A DNA stretch of 64,000 bases from IMG/VR virus record IMGVR_UViG_3300030616_000017, positions 32,001 through 96,000 of that record. The stretch is one strand, 5' to 3'. The DNA comes from a virus. The translations under genes and the position numbers were made by a program. Shown here in pieces: positions 28,769-38,569 of this stretch. The notes beneath the pieces are model-generated. The model did not search any database and had not been told where the DNA came from. It saw nothing but the letters and a program-made list of their open reading frames with translations. Each line of letters begins with the position of its first letter. Positions within the stretch are counted from its first letter, which is position 1.

Positions 28769-30039
28769 GATGTATCCTTAAAGGTTGCTTCAACCTTAAT
28801 GTTTCTATCTACAGCTTTTCGAACTCCGGGATGATGTTTACTTAAATAATCATGACCCCCTATAAAGCCGCCTCTCTTGACTTTCGGTAGCCACATTTTA
28901 ATATCCTGCTCTACGAATTCTTCTGCGTGATTACCATCAATATATACAAAGTCTAAACTCCCCTCTTTGAAATCTTTTACAGCTTCTTGAGATTTTGTTT
29001 TTATTTTAGTCACGTTAGGATATTGTGAAAGTACAAAGATATCAAATTGTTTTTCCACCTCAACCATATTATATTTAGACGGATCGGAGGCCCCGTCGTA
29101 ATTACTATAATTAGATTGCCAAGGGTCAACACAAGTTAAATGTTTAACTCTTTTAGCAAAAACTTCGGATGAATTTCCGGCAAAAGAACCAATTTCCACC
29201 ATAGTTACTTTTTCGATAGGTTTTACTCGGCTGATGTAATCACATAAATCTTCTAACCCCGAAATAGCATTTTTTGCTTTTCTTATACTAATTCTGTTCA
29301 TAATGTTCCACCATTTTTCTTCTAACTTAGCAAAATCTACCTTATCGCGGTAGTCTCTTCTTGTAATAGGATCTTGCCAAGGTTTAATAGCTACGTAATG
29401 TAGAATCTTAGCTTTATCAACTGTTTTCTTAAACTTATCACTTTTATACATTCTTTTTTCTACATTATACTCTTTAGGTAGAATTTGTGTTTTTTCTCTG
29501 AAATACTTATTTAAGCATTCTTGATCAGGCAACTTATATCCCTGTTTAATATCTTCGACTAATGCGTGATACGTTTTCTCATTTAACCATTGTTTGCCTA
29601 TAACAAATACTCCGCTATTGAAAGTACTAACAAGTCTATCACAAGCCTCTCTGTAGCTTCTCACAGCTAAAAACTCAGTATGATCTCTAAACAATAAACT
29701 TATTCTATCAAGCACTATCACATCTAAATCAATAAAAATAGCTTGTTGATACCCAAGCTTATACAAAGAAAAAATATCTAGCTTGTAATACGTATTGCGA
29801 AGATGAGGTACGGTTATTTCAAAATTAGTACCTTCATACATCTTATAATTCGGTTGAATAAATGTAAGCTTTGGATAGTATTGACGACAAAACTCTCTAT
29901 CTTTCTCTGTCATTCCTATTTCAAGAAGAACAAAATCAAGAGAAAAATCGGGATGCACTTGAAGCAGAGATTTAACAAATCCTACATAACCAGGAATAAA
30001 ATTCGGCGTAATTAGGGAGCATAAACACTTTTTTAACAT
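28747..30039 (-). CDS. GT8 glycosyltransferase fused to a Methyltransf_24-type methyltransferase
   Basis: FIDLD, FNSGVF, DQ..LN, HY...KPW; then EIGSFAGNS, DFVYIDGNH, GGHDY. Confidence 0.9.
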   Translation of the reverse strand: MLKKCLCSLITPNFIPGYVGFVKSLLQVHPDFSLDFVLLEIGMTEKDREFCRQYYPKLTFIQPNYKMYEGTNFEITVPHLRNTYYKLDIFSLYKLGYQQAIFIDLDVIVLDRISLLFRDHTEFLAVRSYREACDRLVSTFNSGVFVIGKQWLNEKTYHALVEDIKQGYKLPDQECLNKYFREKTQILPKEYNVEKRMYKSDKFKKTVDKAKILHYVAIKPWQDPITRRDYRDKVDFAKLEEKWWNIMNRISIRKAKNAISGLEDLCDYISRVKPIEKVTMVEIGSFAGNSSEVFAKRVKHLTCVDPWQSNYSNYDGASDPSKYNMVEVEKQFDIFVLSQYPNVTKIKTKSQEAVKDFKEGSLDFVYIDGNHAEEFVEQDIKMWLPKVKRGGFIGGHDYLSKHHPGVRKAVDRNIKVEATFKDTSWIARKL

Positions 30040-30875
30040 CCACGTAAATCCTCTCTCTTTTTAAGTTCGCTGGGAAACACTTCTCTGGGCTCATACCCTG
30101 TATATGCGGTACTTAAATCTCTGATGCCTTTGACTAACTTAAAAAATCCCGAAGGCTCTATTGAGGATTTTTGATCACTCCCCCACATAGCGTGGTCCAT
30201 TGTAATGTGTGCTTCTACCCATTTAGCTCCTAGGTAAATAGAAGCAATGGTTGGTATAATTCCATAATAGTGATTGCTGTAGCCTGCACAAATATGAGGC
30301 CACTTATCCTTTATCCACTCAATATAGCGCAAGTTTAATTCTTCTACGGGAGTAGGATAGGCAGAGTTGGTGTGCATAAGCACGTGAGGTTGTAGCAAAC
30401 TGACTGCTTCTGCAACTTCTTGTTCATTACTCATACCAGAGGACATAATCCTAAATCTGAAATTCTCTTTACAAAACTGTAAAAGTTCTTTGTTGGTAAT
30501 ATGAGCGGAAGGAATTTTGACAATTTGTGTCAGTTCGGTCATAAATTGAGCGCTCTCTATGTCCCAAACAGAAGCAAAAAAGCCAATGTTGTTCTCTTTT
30601 GCTTTTTTACTGAGATACAAGTACTCATCTCTATCAAACTCAATGTCTTTTTTGTATTGAAGGTATGTGGTGGGATCTTTTCGCCAAGGAACAATTTTCT
30701 CTTGGTTTTTCTTCTCAGGAGGAACTGCTTTATCTGGGTCTCTTTTTTGGAACTTTACATAGTCCGCGCCAGATAAAGCAGCTACTTGAATTAACTTTAC
30801 AGCTGTATCGACATCTTTTCCTTTTTCCTCTGTTACCGCATTGATACCTATTTCTGCAATAATATTTACTTTCAT
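30033..30875 (-). CDS. neuB: N-acetylneuraminate/nonulosonate synthase (no C-terminal SAF domain)
   Basis: IIAEIGIN, GAD.VKFQKR, KIPS, SAYP, GYS.H, E.H.T.D, GSDQ.SS.EP. Confidence 0.92.
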   Translation of the reverse strand: MKVNIIAEIGINAVTEEKGKDVDTAVKLIQVAALSGADYVKFQKRDPDKAVPPEKKNQEKIVPWRKDPTTYLQYKKDIEFDRDEYLYLSKKAKENNIGFFASVWDIESAQFMTELTQIVKIPSAHITNKELLQFCKENFRFRIMSSGMSNEQEVAEAVSLLQPHVLMHTNSAYPTPVEELNLRYIEWIKDKWPHICAGYSNHYYGIIPTIASIYLGAKWVEAHITMDHAMWGSDQKSSIEPSGFFKLVKGIRDLSTAYTGYEPREVFPSELKKREDLRGC

Positions 30876-30919
30876 CTTTGCTATATCCTTTTCTATATAG
30901 TTTTTACTTGGAACGTTAC

Positions 30920-30931
30920 ATTATATTAGTA
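30920..30931 (-). promoter_or_regulatory. Putative late promoter TACTAATATAAT heading the glycan operon
   Basis: Exact motif 45 bp upstream of neuB. Confidence 0.7.
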
Positions 30932-30959
30932 AAAGGGGTGAAAGTAAAAGCAAAGATAA

Positions 30960-31607
30960 TCAAGGAGATAAATATCGCCTGAGATCCTGCTGAATATCTT
31001 TAAGACGAATTTGTATCCATTGAGTAGTATATCCCATTTTTTTCCCAATAGCGTTATAAGTATAACCGCCCAGCCTCATCTCTAGCATAGAGCTATCTTC
31101 TACAGAAAGACTCTTCTTGAAAGAATCAATAGTAATCTTTAAATCTATATCACCCCCGAAACTTTCGTAGTTCTTAGAAGCGCAAATAGAATTATCTATT
31201 CTTTGATCTATTCCTGCTAAAGAGTCGTTAAAGGAATGAGTTACAAGAGCTGCTTCAGGGAGAGGGGTATGTCGGGGTCTTTTTTTTCTTCCGTCCACTT
31301 CAAAAACGGAAAATCTTTCTTTCGTGGCATATCTTTTTATTTGATTGCGAAGAATGTAGTTAAAAATTGCCCAAATCTTCCAAGTAGAAGAATTAGTGAT
31401 TTTATTAAGTTGCACGTTATTTACTGCTTTTTGCATAGAAAAATAGGCATCTGATACAAAATCCTGTTTATCTTCCCTGGTAAACCCATATATTTTGCCT
31501 ATTTTAAAGGCAGTATGGGTTATAAAAGGTTTGTATTTTTCATACAAAGCATATAACATGTCATTATTTCCATTTTTTGCAGCTACTACCATTTGGTAAT
31601 CGTTCAT
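30960..31607 (-). CDS. Sigma70-family sigma factor (regions 2 and 4)
   Basis: AKNG....LYEKYKP.I, D.QD..S.AY; HTH GYTYNAIGKKMGYTTQWI; late-like CACTAATATATG upstream. Confidence 0.8.
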   Translation of the reverse strand: MNDYQMVVAAKNGNNDMLYALYEKYKPFITHTAFKIGKIYGFTREDKQDFVSDAYFSMQKAVNNVQLNKITNSSTWKIWAIFNYILRNQIKRYATKERFSVFEVDGRKKRPRHTPLPEAALVTHSFNDSLAGIDQRIDNSICASKNYESFGGDIDLKITIDSFKKSLSVEDSSMLEMRLGGYTYNAIGKKMGYTTQWIQIRLKDIQQDLRRYLSP

Positions 31608-31642
31608 AGAGCCTCCTGTTACATATATTAGTGCATATAAAA

Positions 31643-31670
31643 TAGCAGGACCCGTTACGGATCCTGCTTT
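31643..31670 (-). terminator. Rho-independent terminator
   Basis: AGCAGGATCC-GTAAC-GGGTCCTGCT stem followed by ATTTT. Confidence 0.8.
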
Positions 31671-31683
31671 TGAAAAAAGGGGG

Positions 31684-31944
31684 TTAAATAAGGTTATAGG
31701 ATTTCGCCTTTGTAATCAGGTCATCCACTACTTCATCTATCGTGGTTCTTTCTTGAAGAACATCGTCGATGAAATTCGACATCGTAGAAATGTCGGTTCC
31801 CTCTCTTGTATTGACAGCTCTCAGAACAGAAGGAAGAGAGTATCCTGCAGGACTTCCTGTCATACCCTGCGTTTTTGCCTCAAAAACCTTCTGAAGATCC
31901 TGTCCCGTCTTTTCAATCTCGGTCAGTTCAATTCTCTTATTCAT
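31684..31944 (-). CDS. Small stand-alone protein (86 aa)
   Basis: Start moved to MNKRIE (CAGGAGG RBS); TATAAT upstream and own terminator. Confidence 0.65.
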   Translation of the reverse strand: MNKRIELTEIEKTGQDLQKVFEAKTQGMTGSPAGYSLPSVLRAVNTREGTDISTMSNFIDDVLQERTTIDEVVDDLITKAKSYNLI

Positions 31945-32036
31945 AAATGCCTCCTGGTTATTGTTTCTATTAATATTATACCTTATTTTCAAACAAAAAG
32001 CCAGGGTTTTTGAATCTTTTTTTGTTTTTTTTTACT

Positions 32037-34814
32037 TTAAGCAGTTATTTCTCTCCCAAACCCCCATACTTCGCCCTTCCCGTACCAATCTGCCTCTTCT
32101 ACCTCTAGTACAAGAGGAACTCCGTTGTTTTCCGGGATGTTTTCCTCAAAAACTTGTTTGGCCAATTTTCTTAAATAGTGCTCATCTTTGTGGGTGTACA
32201 TAACAATAGAATCATGCACTGTTCCTACAACCCTGCTCTTCAAGTTCTTTTTTCTAATTTCATTTACTAAAGCTACAAGAGTGCGATTAATAATAATAAC
32301 TTCATAATTCTGTACAGGAGAATTCGCTGCTATATTTTTTAAGTTTTTAATATCGGCTTGCTCTCCGTGCTTCCCTTTGTACAGTAATTGAGGTAATCGT
32401 CTTATAGCCCCAAAAGCGGAGATAACATATCCGTTATCCTCTGCGAATTTTATTTCCTTTTCTATATTACTCTTTAATCCCGGATATGTTTCGAAGTGTT
32501 TTCTTTTTATATCGCTTGCTACTGCCCAATAATAAGCAAACTCCAAGGGTTCACTTTTATGTTCTTCGCTTAGCATTCTTTGAAGCATATCTACTTTCTT
32601 TTCTAAATTATTTTTCTCTATATAATCTTGACATTCCTTTAATGACCATTCTTTTTCTATACTTGATTTTGCAAAACTGAAGGCAGTGGCATTAAACAAA
32701 AGGGAAAAGTTAATCATTTTGGCCTTAAATCTGTCGTTTTTAATTTCTGAATCTCCTTCCTTTTTCAGGCGTAGAAATTCCTCTAACGTCAGGTCTCTCC
32801 TTAAAACTGATTGGGCTGTTACACTATGCAAATCCCCTCCGAATTCAGTAAAGGCTCTGTACATATTGAGGTCTTGACTATAAATAGTTGCAATTCTAAG
32901 CTGAAAACCTGCCCCATCCAACTCGTCTATTGAAAATTCCGGAGAAGGCGGCTTAAACATTTTTCTTACTTTTATAGCTTTCTCCCCGTGCTTAGGTATA
33001 TTCTGCAAATTAGGTTCGCGGCATTTGTTGCGATGTGAATCTGTAAGATTAACTCCGAATTTAGAATGAACTCTCCCGTCATTTTTGAGATATTTGTAAT
33101 AACCTTTTTTCTCACTTTTGCTTTTTGATGCAAATCCTTTAGAGGGGGCGTGGTCAAAAAAATCAAAATCGGTGCTGCTGTTTTTGTTTTCTTCATCCTC
33201 GCCTATAAAAGTTTTGAAGAGAGTTTTTAATTCTCTGTACTTGAGAAGCTCATCGATACCTTTTTCCCAACCCCTTCTCTTCCACGCCAACAACTGATCT
33301 TCTCCTGTGAGATAAATATTCCCTACCTTAACGTCCTCTTTTATTTTTAATAAGGTCTTAATTCTTTCTACCGTATTAACGTTTGCTCCCTTTTTACCCC
33401 TTTCTATGAAGGGATACCCTTTTAACTCTAGAAGAATACCTAATTCAGAATCACTATTAAAATTAATAGAGTTTGGAGGAACTCCGAAGGCTTTTTCTAC
33501 ATTTTCCAAAGCTATTTTTATTTCTTTTACCATTGAGAGAGAATTGTGATCTAAAGTAGGTTTGTCAACACAAAAACCTTCCAATTCAATATCTATAAAA
33601 GCGTTTACCGCAGGCATAGTTTCATTATAGAAATAATTTGCTTGGGTTTTGTTGGTGTGCTTGGCGGCTATTGCGGTTACTTTCTTAAAGTGATTTACCT
33701 GGTACTTATATACCAAATAAGTAACAATAGCGTCCATTGTTGCATAAGGCTTTAACACCTCCTTTGGTATTTTGGAATAATCCCTTTTGAATTCAGGGTG
33801 TTTGTCTAGGTAATCATCTAAGTCTCTATCATACCCTCCGTAGGGGGTAAACAACCAGGCAGAAGTTTTAAGACCATTTCTTTGAAGCTCGTTTAGCTGA
33901 TGGGAGGCATGCATAGTATCATGATAAATATAAATACTATTTCTTTCTACGCCGTGTTTAATAACAAACTTAGCATCAAACTTGCCGTTTTGCAGAATCT
34001 GTTTTTTAGGTTTCAAAAATTCTGAAAGAAGGCTTTTATCTATTTTGTCCCAGGGGAGATAATATCCTGTTTTCCCATCAAAGGAGCAGGTAAAACATAT
34101 TATTTTTCCTTCGGGATCAAAAGCATCCAATGTGTTTGTCTCAATATCCCACGCAACGTCTCCCTCGTACTCTTTCCATTCTTGTAAAAATTCGTTGGGG
34201 TTTTCGGGCTCGACAATAGCTGGTTTAGGTATTCTCCTAAGAGGCTCAGCCAGCGTAGCGGCCTGTTTGCATTGATATTGAAAAAAGTAATGATCCCAAC
34301 TATCTTTAGGGATTTTACCGTGATTCATCCATATACCTTCGAATCTCACAGGAAATACATAAGATTTTATATCTGGAGAATAAAAATATGACTTGTTAAA
34401 AACAACATCGTAAAATCCCTGATAGTTTACATCATCGCTTTGCATCAATCCGTATAATACTCTCTGGTTCGCTACTATTTTAGCTCCCGGGCGTATATAC
34501 TGAGATAAATCTATAGTATTTTTCTTATAAAACTTCTTAATAGTGTTTTTAAGGTCTTTATCTTCTCTCGCCCTGAACGGAATAACACATAATACATTTA
34601 TATTTACAGGCCGGCCAAACAAAGGTCCAATAGCGGCTTTAGCCTCTTTTACCAATCTGTCTACGTAATAGGTTTCATATACATTATCTTGCAAAAGCCA
34701 TATATCAGGCTGAACACCTCTCTTTCCTTCATAAAGAAGGACATCATGCAAGATATCCTTCCTTCGCTTTACATCTATGTTTCTTGGAACTGCATTCGTA
34801 AAAAAAGAACTCAT
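32037..34814 (-). CDS. polA: Family A DNA polymerase with 3'-5' exonuclease
   Basis: Exo DIET, QNGKFD, YA.MD; PNLQNIP; motif A DGAGFQLR; motif B R.KAK.INF; motif C VHDS. Confidence 0.95.
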   Translation of the reverse strand: MSSFFTNAVPRNIDVKRRKDILHDVLLYEGKRGVQPDIWLLQDNVYETYYVDRLVKEAKAAIGPLFGRPVNINVLCVIPFRAREDKDLKNTIKKFYKKNTIDLSQYIRPGAKIVANQRVLYGLMQSDDVNYQGFYDVVFNKSYFYSPDIKSYVFPVRFEGIWMNHGKIPKDSWDHYFFQYQCKQAATLAEPLRRIPKPAIVEPENPNEFLQEWKEYEGDVAWDIETNTLDAFDPEGKIICFTCSFDGKTGYYLPWDKIDKSLLSEFLKPKKQILQNGKFDAKFVIKHGVERNSIYIYHDTMHASHQLNELQRNGLKTSAWLFTPYGGYDRDLDDYLDKHPEFKRDYSKIPKEVLKPYATMDAIVTYLVYKYQVNHFKKVTAIAAKHTNKTQANYFYNETMPAVNAFIDIELEGFCVDKPTLDHNSLSMVKEIKIALENVEKAFGVPPNSINFNSDSELGILLELKGYPFIERGKKGANVNTVERIKTLLKIKEDVKVGNIYLTGEDQLLAWKRRGWEKGIDELLKYRELKTLFKTFIGEDEENKNSSTDFDFFDHAPSKGFASKSKSEKKGYYKYLKNDGRVHSKFGVNLTDSHRNKCREPNLQNIPKHGEKAIKVRKMFKPPSPEFSIDELDGAGFQLRIATIYSQDLNMYRAFTEFGGDLHSVTAQSVLRRDLTLEEFLRLKKEGDSEIKNDRFKAKMINFSLLFNATAFSFAKSSIEKEWSLKECQDYIEKNNLEKKVDMLQRMLSEEHKSEPLEFAYYWAVASDIKRKHFETYPGLKSNIEKEIKFAEDNGYVISAFGAIRRLPQLLYKGKHGEQADIKNLKNIAANSPVQNYEVIIINRTLVALVNEIRKKNLKSRVVGTVHDSIVMYTHKDEHYLRKLAKQVFEENIPENNGVPLVLEVEEADWYGKGEVWGFGREITA

Positions 34815-34823
34815 TTAATCTCC

Positions 34824-35531
34824 TTAAATATTTTTAGTGTAAAAATCTACAGCTCTCTCCCAACTTTCGTCTGAAAGATATAGAGGATCTCGAAGATTAT
34901 TTTCTAGAAACGCTTCCGTTCTTTCTACGCAAGACCCGCATTTTCCGCAAGGCTCCTCTCCCCCTTTGTAACAGGTCCATGTTTTAGAGTAATCGACTCC
35001 GAGCTTGATTCCTCTTTCCAAAATAGAAATCTTATTCAAATGAACAAAGGGAGCTGACATCGTTGCTTCTTCATATGTTCCATACTTAATAGCTTGCGCC
35101 ATTGCTTGTTCAAACTCAGGACGACAATCGGGATAGATAGCATGGTCCCCCGCATGGGCCCCATATAGAATATAATTACATTTTTCTGCTTCTGCAATTG
35201 CGGCTAGAATAGAAAGGATAATTCCATTTCTAAAAGGCACAACTGTTGACTTCATATTTTCGTCTGCATAATTCCCCTCCGGAATAGCCTCCGCTCCTTG
35301 TACAAGGGAGGAGGTTTTAGCAGCGATCTCTCCCAAAAACGAAATATCAATTAAACGATGAGGAATGTTATTCGTTTTGCAATGCTCTGCTGCAAGCTCT
35401 ATTTCTTTGGAATGATTCTGTCCATAATAAAACGAGACAGCTTCGAGCTCAAAGCCTTCGTTAAGTGCATGATACAACAAAGTAGTAGAATCCATTCCCC
35501 CTGAAAGGGCAATAACTGCTTTTCTTTTCAC
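34824..35531 (-). CDS. queC: 7-cyano-7-deazaguanine synthase
   Basis: SGGMDS, YGQ.H, VPFRN, YPDCR, TWTCY, CGKCGSC.ER. Confidence 0.97.
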   Translation of the reverse strand: MKRKAVIALSGGMDSTTLLYHALNEGFELEAVSFYYGQNHSKEIELAAEHCKTNNIPHRLIDISFLGEIAAKTSSLVQGAEAIPEGNYADENMKSTVVPFRNGIILSILAAIAEAEKCNYILYGAHAGDHAIYPDCRPEFEQAMAQAIKYGTYEEATMSAPFVHLNKISILERGIKLGVDYSKTWTCYKGGEEPCGKCGSCVERTEAFLENNLRDPLYLSDESWERAVDFYTKNI

Positions 35532-36067
35532 TTCAAATCTCCTTTAATAAAATTAATAATATGATGGGCTTTTATAAGGGGAGGGCCAGGTAACTGCACG
35601 GCACGCAATTCGTAGTTTTCTATATAAGTTAAAAAGAGATTATGAGTTTCTTCCCTGAACTCTTTATTGACACTTCTTACTCCATCTTCAATAACAGCTA
35701 TTTCAGGAGGAAGATAAAAAAACACGTCATATTTATCATAAGTTTTTTCAAAAATGTTCAAAAAATACAAAAAATAGGATTCAGGAATCATTTTATGATA
35801 ATATGAGTACGTGGTATATACCATTGCATCCAATACCGATCTATCTGTAATAATATTACCTTTTATTATATTAGATAAATGCTCTAAAAAAACAAAAGCC
35901 TGAGTACAAGATGTCCCCTCTTCATTGATAGCTACGCCCATATTTTTTAAGGTGCGCACTATTTCGGTCTTAAATTCAAAATTATCTTTAAGATAATTAT
36001 CTTCGCGAAGTAAAGCCATTGTTTCTGTTTTGCCAGTACACTGAACACCCGATAAGCTAATAAGCAT
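35528..36067 (-). CDS. P-loop nucleoside/nucleotide monophosphate kinase (AAA_28/NadR-like)
   Basis: SG.QCTGKT, DRS.LD, EDGVRS. Confidence 0.75.
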   Translation of the reverse strand: MLISLSGVQCTGKTETMALLREDNYLKDNFEFKTEIVRTLKNMGVAINEEGTSCTQAFVFLEHLSNIIKGNIITDRSVLDAMVYTTYSYYHKMIPESYFLYFLNIFEKTYDKYDVFFYLPPEIAVIEDGVRSVNKEFREETHNLFLTYIENYELRAVQLPGPPLIKAHHIINFIKGDLK

Positions 36068-36925
36068 TTATTTCTCCTTTTTTTGCTTTAAAAATAATTC
36101 CCTGTCAATTATTGCTTTTTCCAACGATAAATATTTTTCATCTTTTATTAGCTGTTTGAAAAAGCGTATATTATATATAATATCCGAAGTTTGATCAAAA
36201 GTCAATTCAGCAAGTAAATTATCTGCTAATTTTCCTTCAGGCTTCGTCTCAAGCCCCTTATCCCCAGAGTATCTCACGTTATTGATACCTGCCATTATGG
36301 GGCTGCTGGTATCTATAGTTTCTATGAAAGAAGAATCTCTATAAAAAGAAAATTCATAAGGAAGAGCGCAGCCCAACAGATGATGCGGTTTCTTTTTATT
36401 TAGGATTTTCTTAGTAGATAACTGATAAACAAATCTTTGACGGGCTTTTACCAATTTTTCATCTTTGGAGAAATTGTCGCCGAATTGTTCCAAATAACAA
36501 GGAAGGCCAAAAGTTATAGCAATTTTATCCGCGTGTTCACTCATAAATCTATAGCATTCAAATAACTCAGTCCAAGTGCTTCCTTGCACCACGCCTATAG
36601 CTTTGCCTGGTAAATTAGGATATTTCTTTGTAAAATCTTTAAACTGGTTTATGGTAAGATTTTTATCTCCCCAAGCATCGGGAACAATATATTCTGTAGG
36701 TTTTAGTTTCTTAATCCAATAAGCAAAACGGTCCGCTTCGAAACTTTCTCCTAATTCAAAAAGACTATTATCTAATATAACTCGCCTACCCTCTAAAAGA
36801 GAGTCCTCAAAAAAAGAATAATAAGAAGGGTGTTCTTCAAAAAGATGAACGAGGGCATAGTCATAATCATTGAATATTTTGCTAATGTCTAATAGTTCTA
36901 AAGGAACTTCGTGTGCTACTTCCAT
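36068..36925 (-). CDS. TGT-fold transglycosylase (DpdA-like)
   Basis: ILDNS.FE.G, PD, IGVVQG, HHLLG, DTSSP match TIM-barrel TGT motifs; lies within the que cluster. Confidence 0.7.
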   Translation of the reverse strand: MEVAHEVPLELLDISKIFNDYDYALVHLFEEHPSYYSFFEDSLLEGRRVILDNSLFELGESFEADRFAYWIKKLKPTEYIVPDAWGDKNLTINQFKDFTKKYPNLPGKAIGVVQGSTWTELFECYRFMSEHADKIAITFGLPCYLEQFGDNFSKDEKLVKARQRFVYQLSTKKILNKKKPHHLLGCALPYEFSFYRDSSFIETIDTSSPIMAGINNVRYSGDKGLETKPEGKLADNLLAELTFDQTSDIIYNIRFFKQLIKDEKYLSLEKAIIDRELFLKQKKEK

Positions 36926-36934
36926 GTACTCTCC

Positions 36935-37420
36935 CTAAAAGAAAAATGTATGCGTATTAGCTATATATCTTGCCCTTTCTCTCAAAGAAAAAAATTCCTC
37001 TCTATATCTGTTGCTGTTTTTATAAGATCCTAAATACGATAAAAGATTTTCCATAAACTCGTTTTGTTTTTGATGTATATAGCCTTTTTTAAGCCATCTT
37101 TTATTTCTTGCGTGTAAATCTACAAACGTTTTATAAACATCTTCTATGTTGTAGTCTCCTATGGAAGAGTCTTCTACTTCAAAAGAAAAAGAAGGTTGCG
37201 CTTCGACCGAAGCCAAAAACGCATAAGCTTTACGTTTATCTTCTCCTTTAAGAGAGATAGCGCAACCTTTGATGTAATTAACGATTATATCTTTATAATC
37301 GTGATTGAACCTGCCTTCAGCAAACCTTCCTATTCTTACTTCCTTTTCTTCCCAAGAAAGCCCCTTCAAAGAAGCTCTGAAAACCTGCCAATCCATTCTG
37401 TACTTGTCTACCTTGCTCAT
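36935..37420 (-). CDS. Hypothetical protein inside the deazaguanine cluster
   Basis: 161-aa ORF tightly packed between yhhQ and the TGT-like gene. Confidence 0.6.
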   Translation of the reverse strand: MSKVDKYRMDWQVFRASLKGLSWEEKEVRIGRFAEGRFNHDYKDIIVNYIKGCAISLKGEDKRKAYAFLASVEAQPSFSFEVEDSSIGDYNIEDVYKTFVDLHARNKRWLKKGYIHQKQNEFMENLLSYLGSYKNSNRYREEFFSLRERARYIANTHTFFF

Positions 37421-37442
37421 AGTAGATATTGTACCCTATTAT

Positions 37443-38069
37443 TTAAGAAGTTTCAAGTGCCGTGCCCTCAAATTCCCCTGTTTTTCCTTTAGTAAACAAG
37501 TAAAAGAACGGGGTATCTACTGCAGCAATTATTAGCTTGAGTACGTACTGGGAAATAATCATCCACCACAGATCAGGAACGATGCCCGCAAAAGCTATAG
37601 TAATAAAAATAGAAGTATCAATAAGCTGACTAGTCATAGTGCTTGCATTATTTCTTAGCCATTTATGTTTTCCCTTGGTAAAAGATCCTAACTTATGGAA
37701 AAACCATACGTCCCACGACTGGGATAAATAATAAGCAATCATCGAAGCCATTACCAGTCGGAAATTCATTCCCAGCAAGACCTTATAAGCATCGGCCTGT
37801 GCCTGAGCAAAGGGCGGAGAAGGCATAAGCTGAGTCAAATAAATCATACCAGCCGCGAACAGCGAACAAATAAAACCCGTCTGTACAAGCTTTATCGCTT
37901 CCTTTTTTCCCCACAACTCTGAGGTGAGATCCGTCATTAGAAAGGTAATGGCATAAAGAAGAAAGGCTCCCGGAACAATAAATCCAAAGATATTAAGTAC
38001 CTTCCCCGCCACCACATTTGAAACTACCAGAGCAGCAATAAACAAACTCTGAATAAGCAGCTTTTTCAT
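37443..38069 (-). CDS. yhhQ: Queuosine precursor transporter (YhhQ/VUT family)
   Basis: SNV.A.K, TD..SE..G, R...AS..AY..SQ..DV, W.RNN.ST..SQ.IDT. Confidence 0.92.
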   Translation of the reverse strand: MKKLLIQSLFIAALVVSNVVAGKVLNIFGFIVPGAFLLYAITFLMTDLTSELWGKKEAIKLVQTGFICSLFAAGMIYLTQLMPSPPFAQAQADAYKVLLGMNFRLVMASMIAYYLSQSWDVWFFHKLGSFTKGKHKWLRNNASTMTSQLIDTSIFITIAFAGIVPDLWWMIISQYVLKLIIAAVDTPFFYLFTKGKTGEFEGTALETS

Positions 38070-38077
38070 TAGTCCTC

Positions 38078-38569
38078 CTATTTATAATCTTTATGGCCCT
38101 GCCATTGGCCATTGTATAAGTTTTCTTCTTTTACTTCCTCTTTATTTTCAACCATATAAATCTGCGCAACTCTCGCATGCCTTTCAATCACTAACTCACT
38201 AAAGGGAAGAAGAAGAATAGCTCCACAATATTCTGTCTCGAAACCTGCGTCGTATACGCCGCTAGTAATCAAACCTCCTGCCCTGGCCACACTACTTCTA
38301 TGTCGTATAAAAGCGGTAGCCCACGCAGGAACTTTAATACCCTGATCAAATGTTAAAGCGTAAACCCCAGGAGTAAGACGGTATTGAGATCTTGCTTTAA
38401 CTTGAAAAACAGGTTCATAGTCGTTGATAATAGTCTCATCCCGGTTTACAACCCCTCCTTTAATACGATTAACGTATTTAAGAGTTAGGTCGTAGCCTAT
38501 TTGAGTTTTCTTACCTTCCACGTCGTGAATGCGAAGGTAAGAAAACAGTTCATCTGCTGATAATATCAT
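38078..38569 (-). CDS. Trimeric dUTPase/dCTP deaminase family protein
   Basis: GYDLTL, RSS.AR.G, DAGF, R.AQ, Y.GQ.QG. Confidence 0.8.
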   Translation of the reverse strand: MILSADELFSYLRIHDVEGKKTQIGYDLTLKYVNRIKGGVVNRDETIINDYEPVFQVKARSQYRLTPGVYALTFDQGIKVPAWATAFIRHRSSVARAGGLITSGVYDAGFETEYCGAILLLPFSELVIERHARVAQIYMVENKEEVKEENLYNGQWQGHKDYK

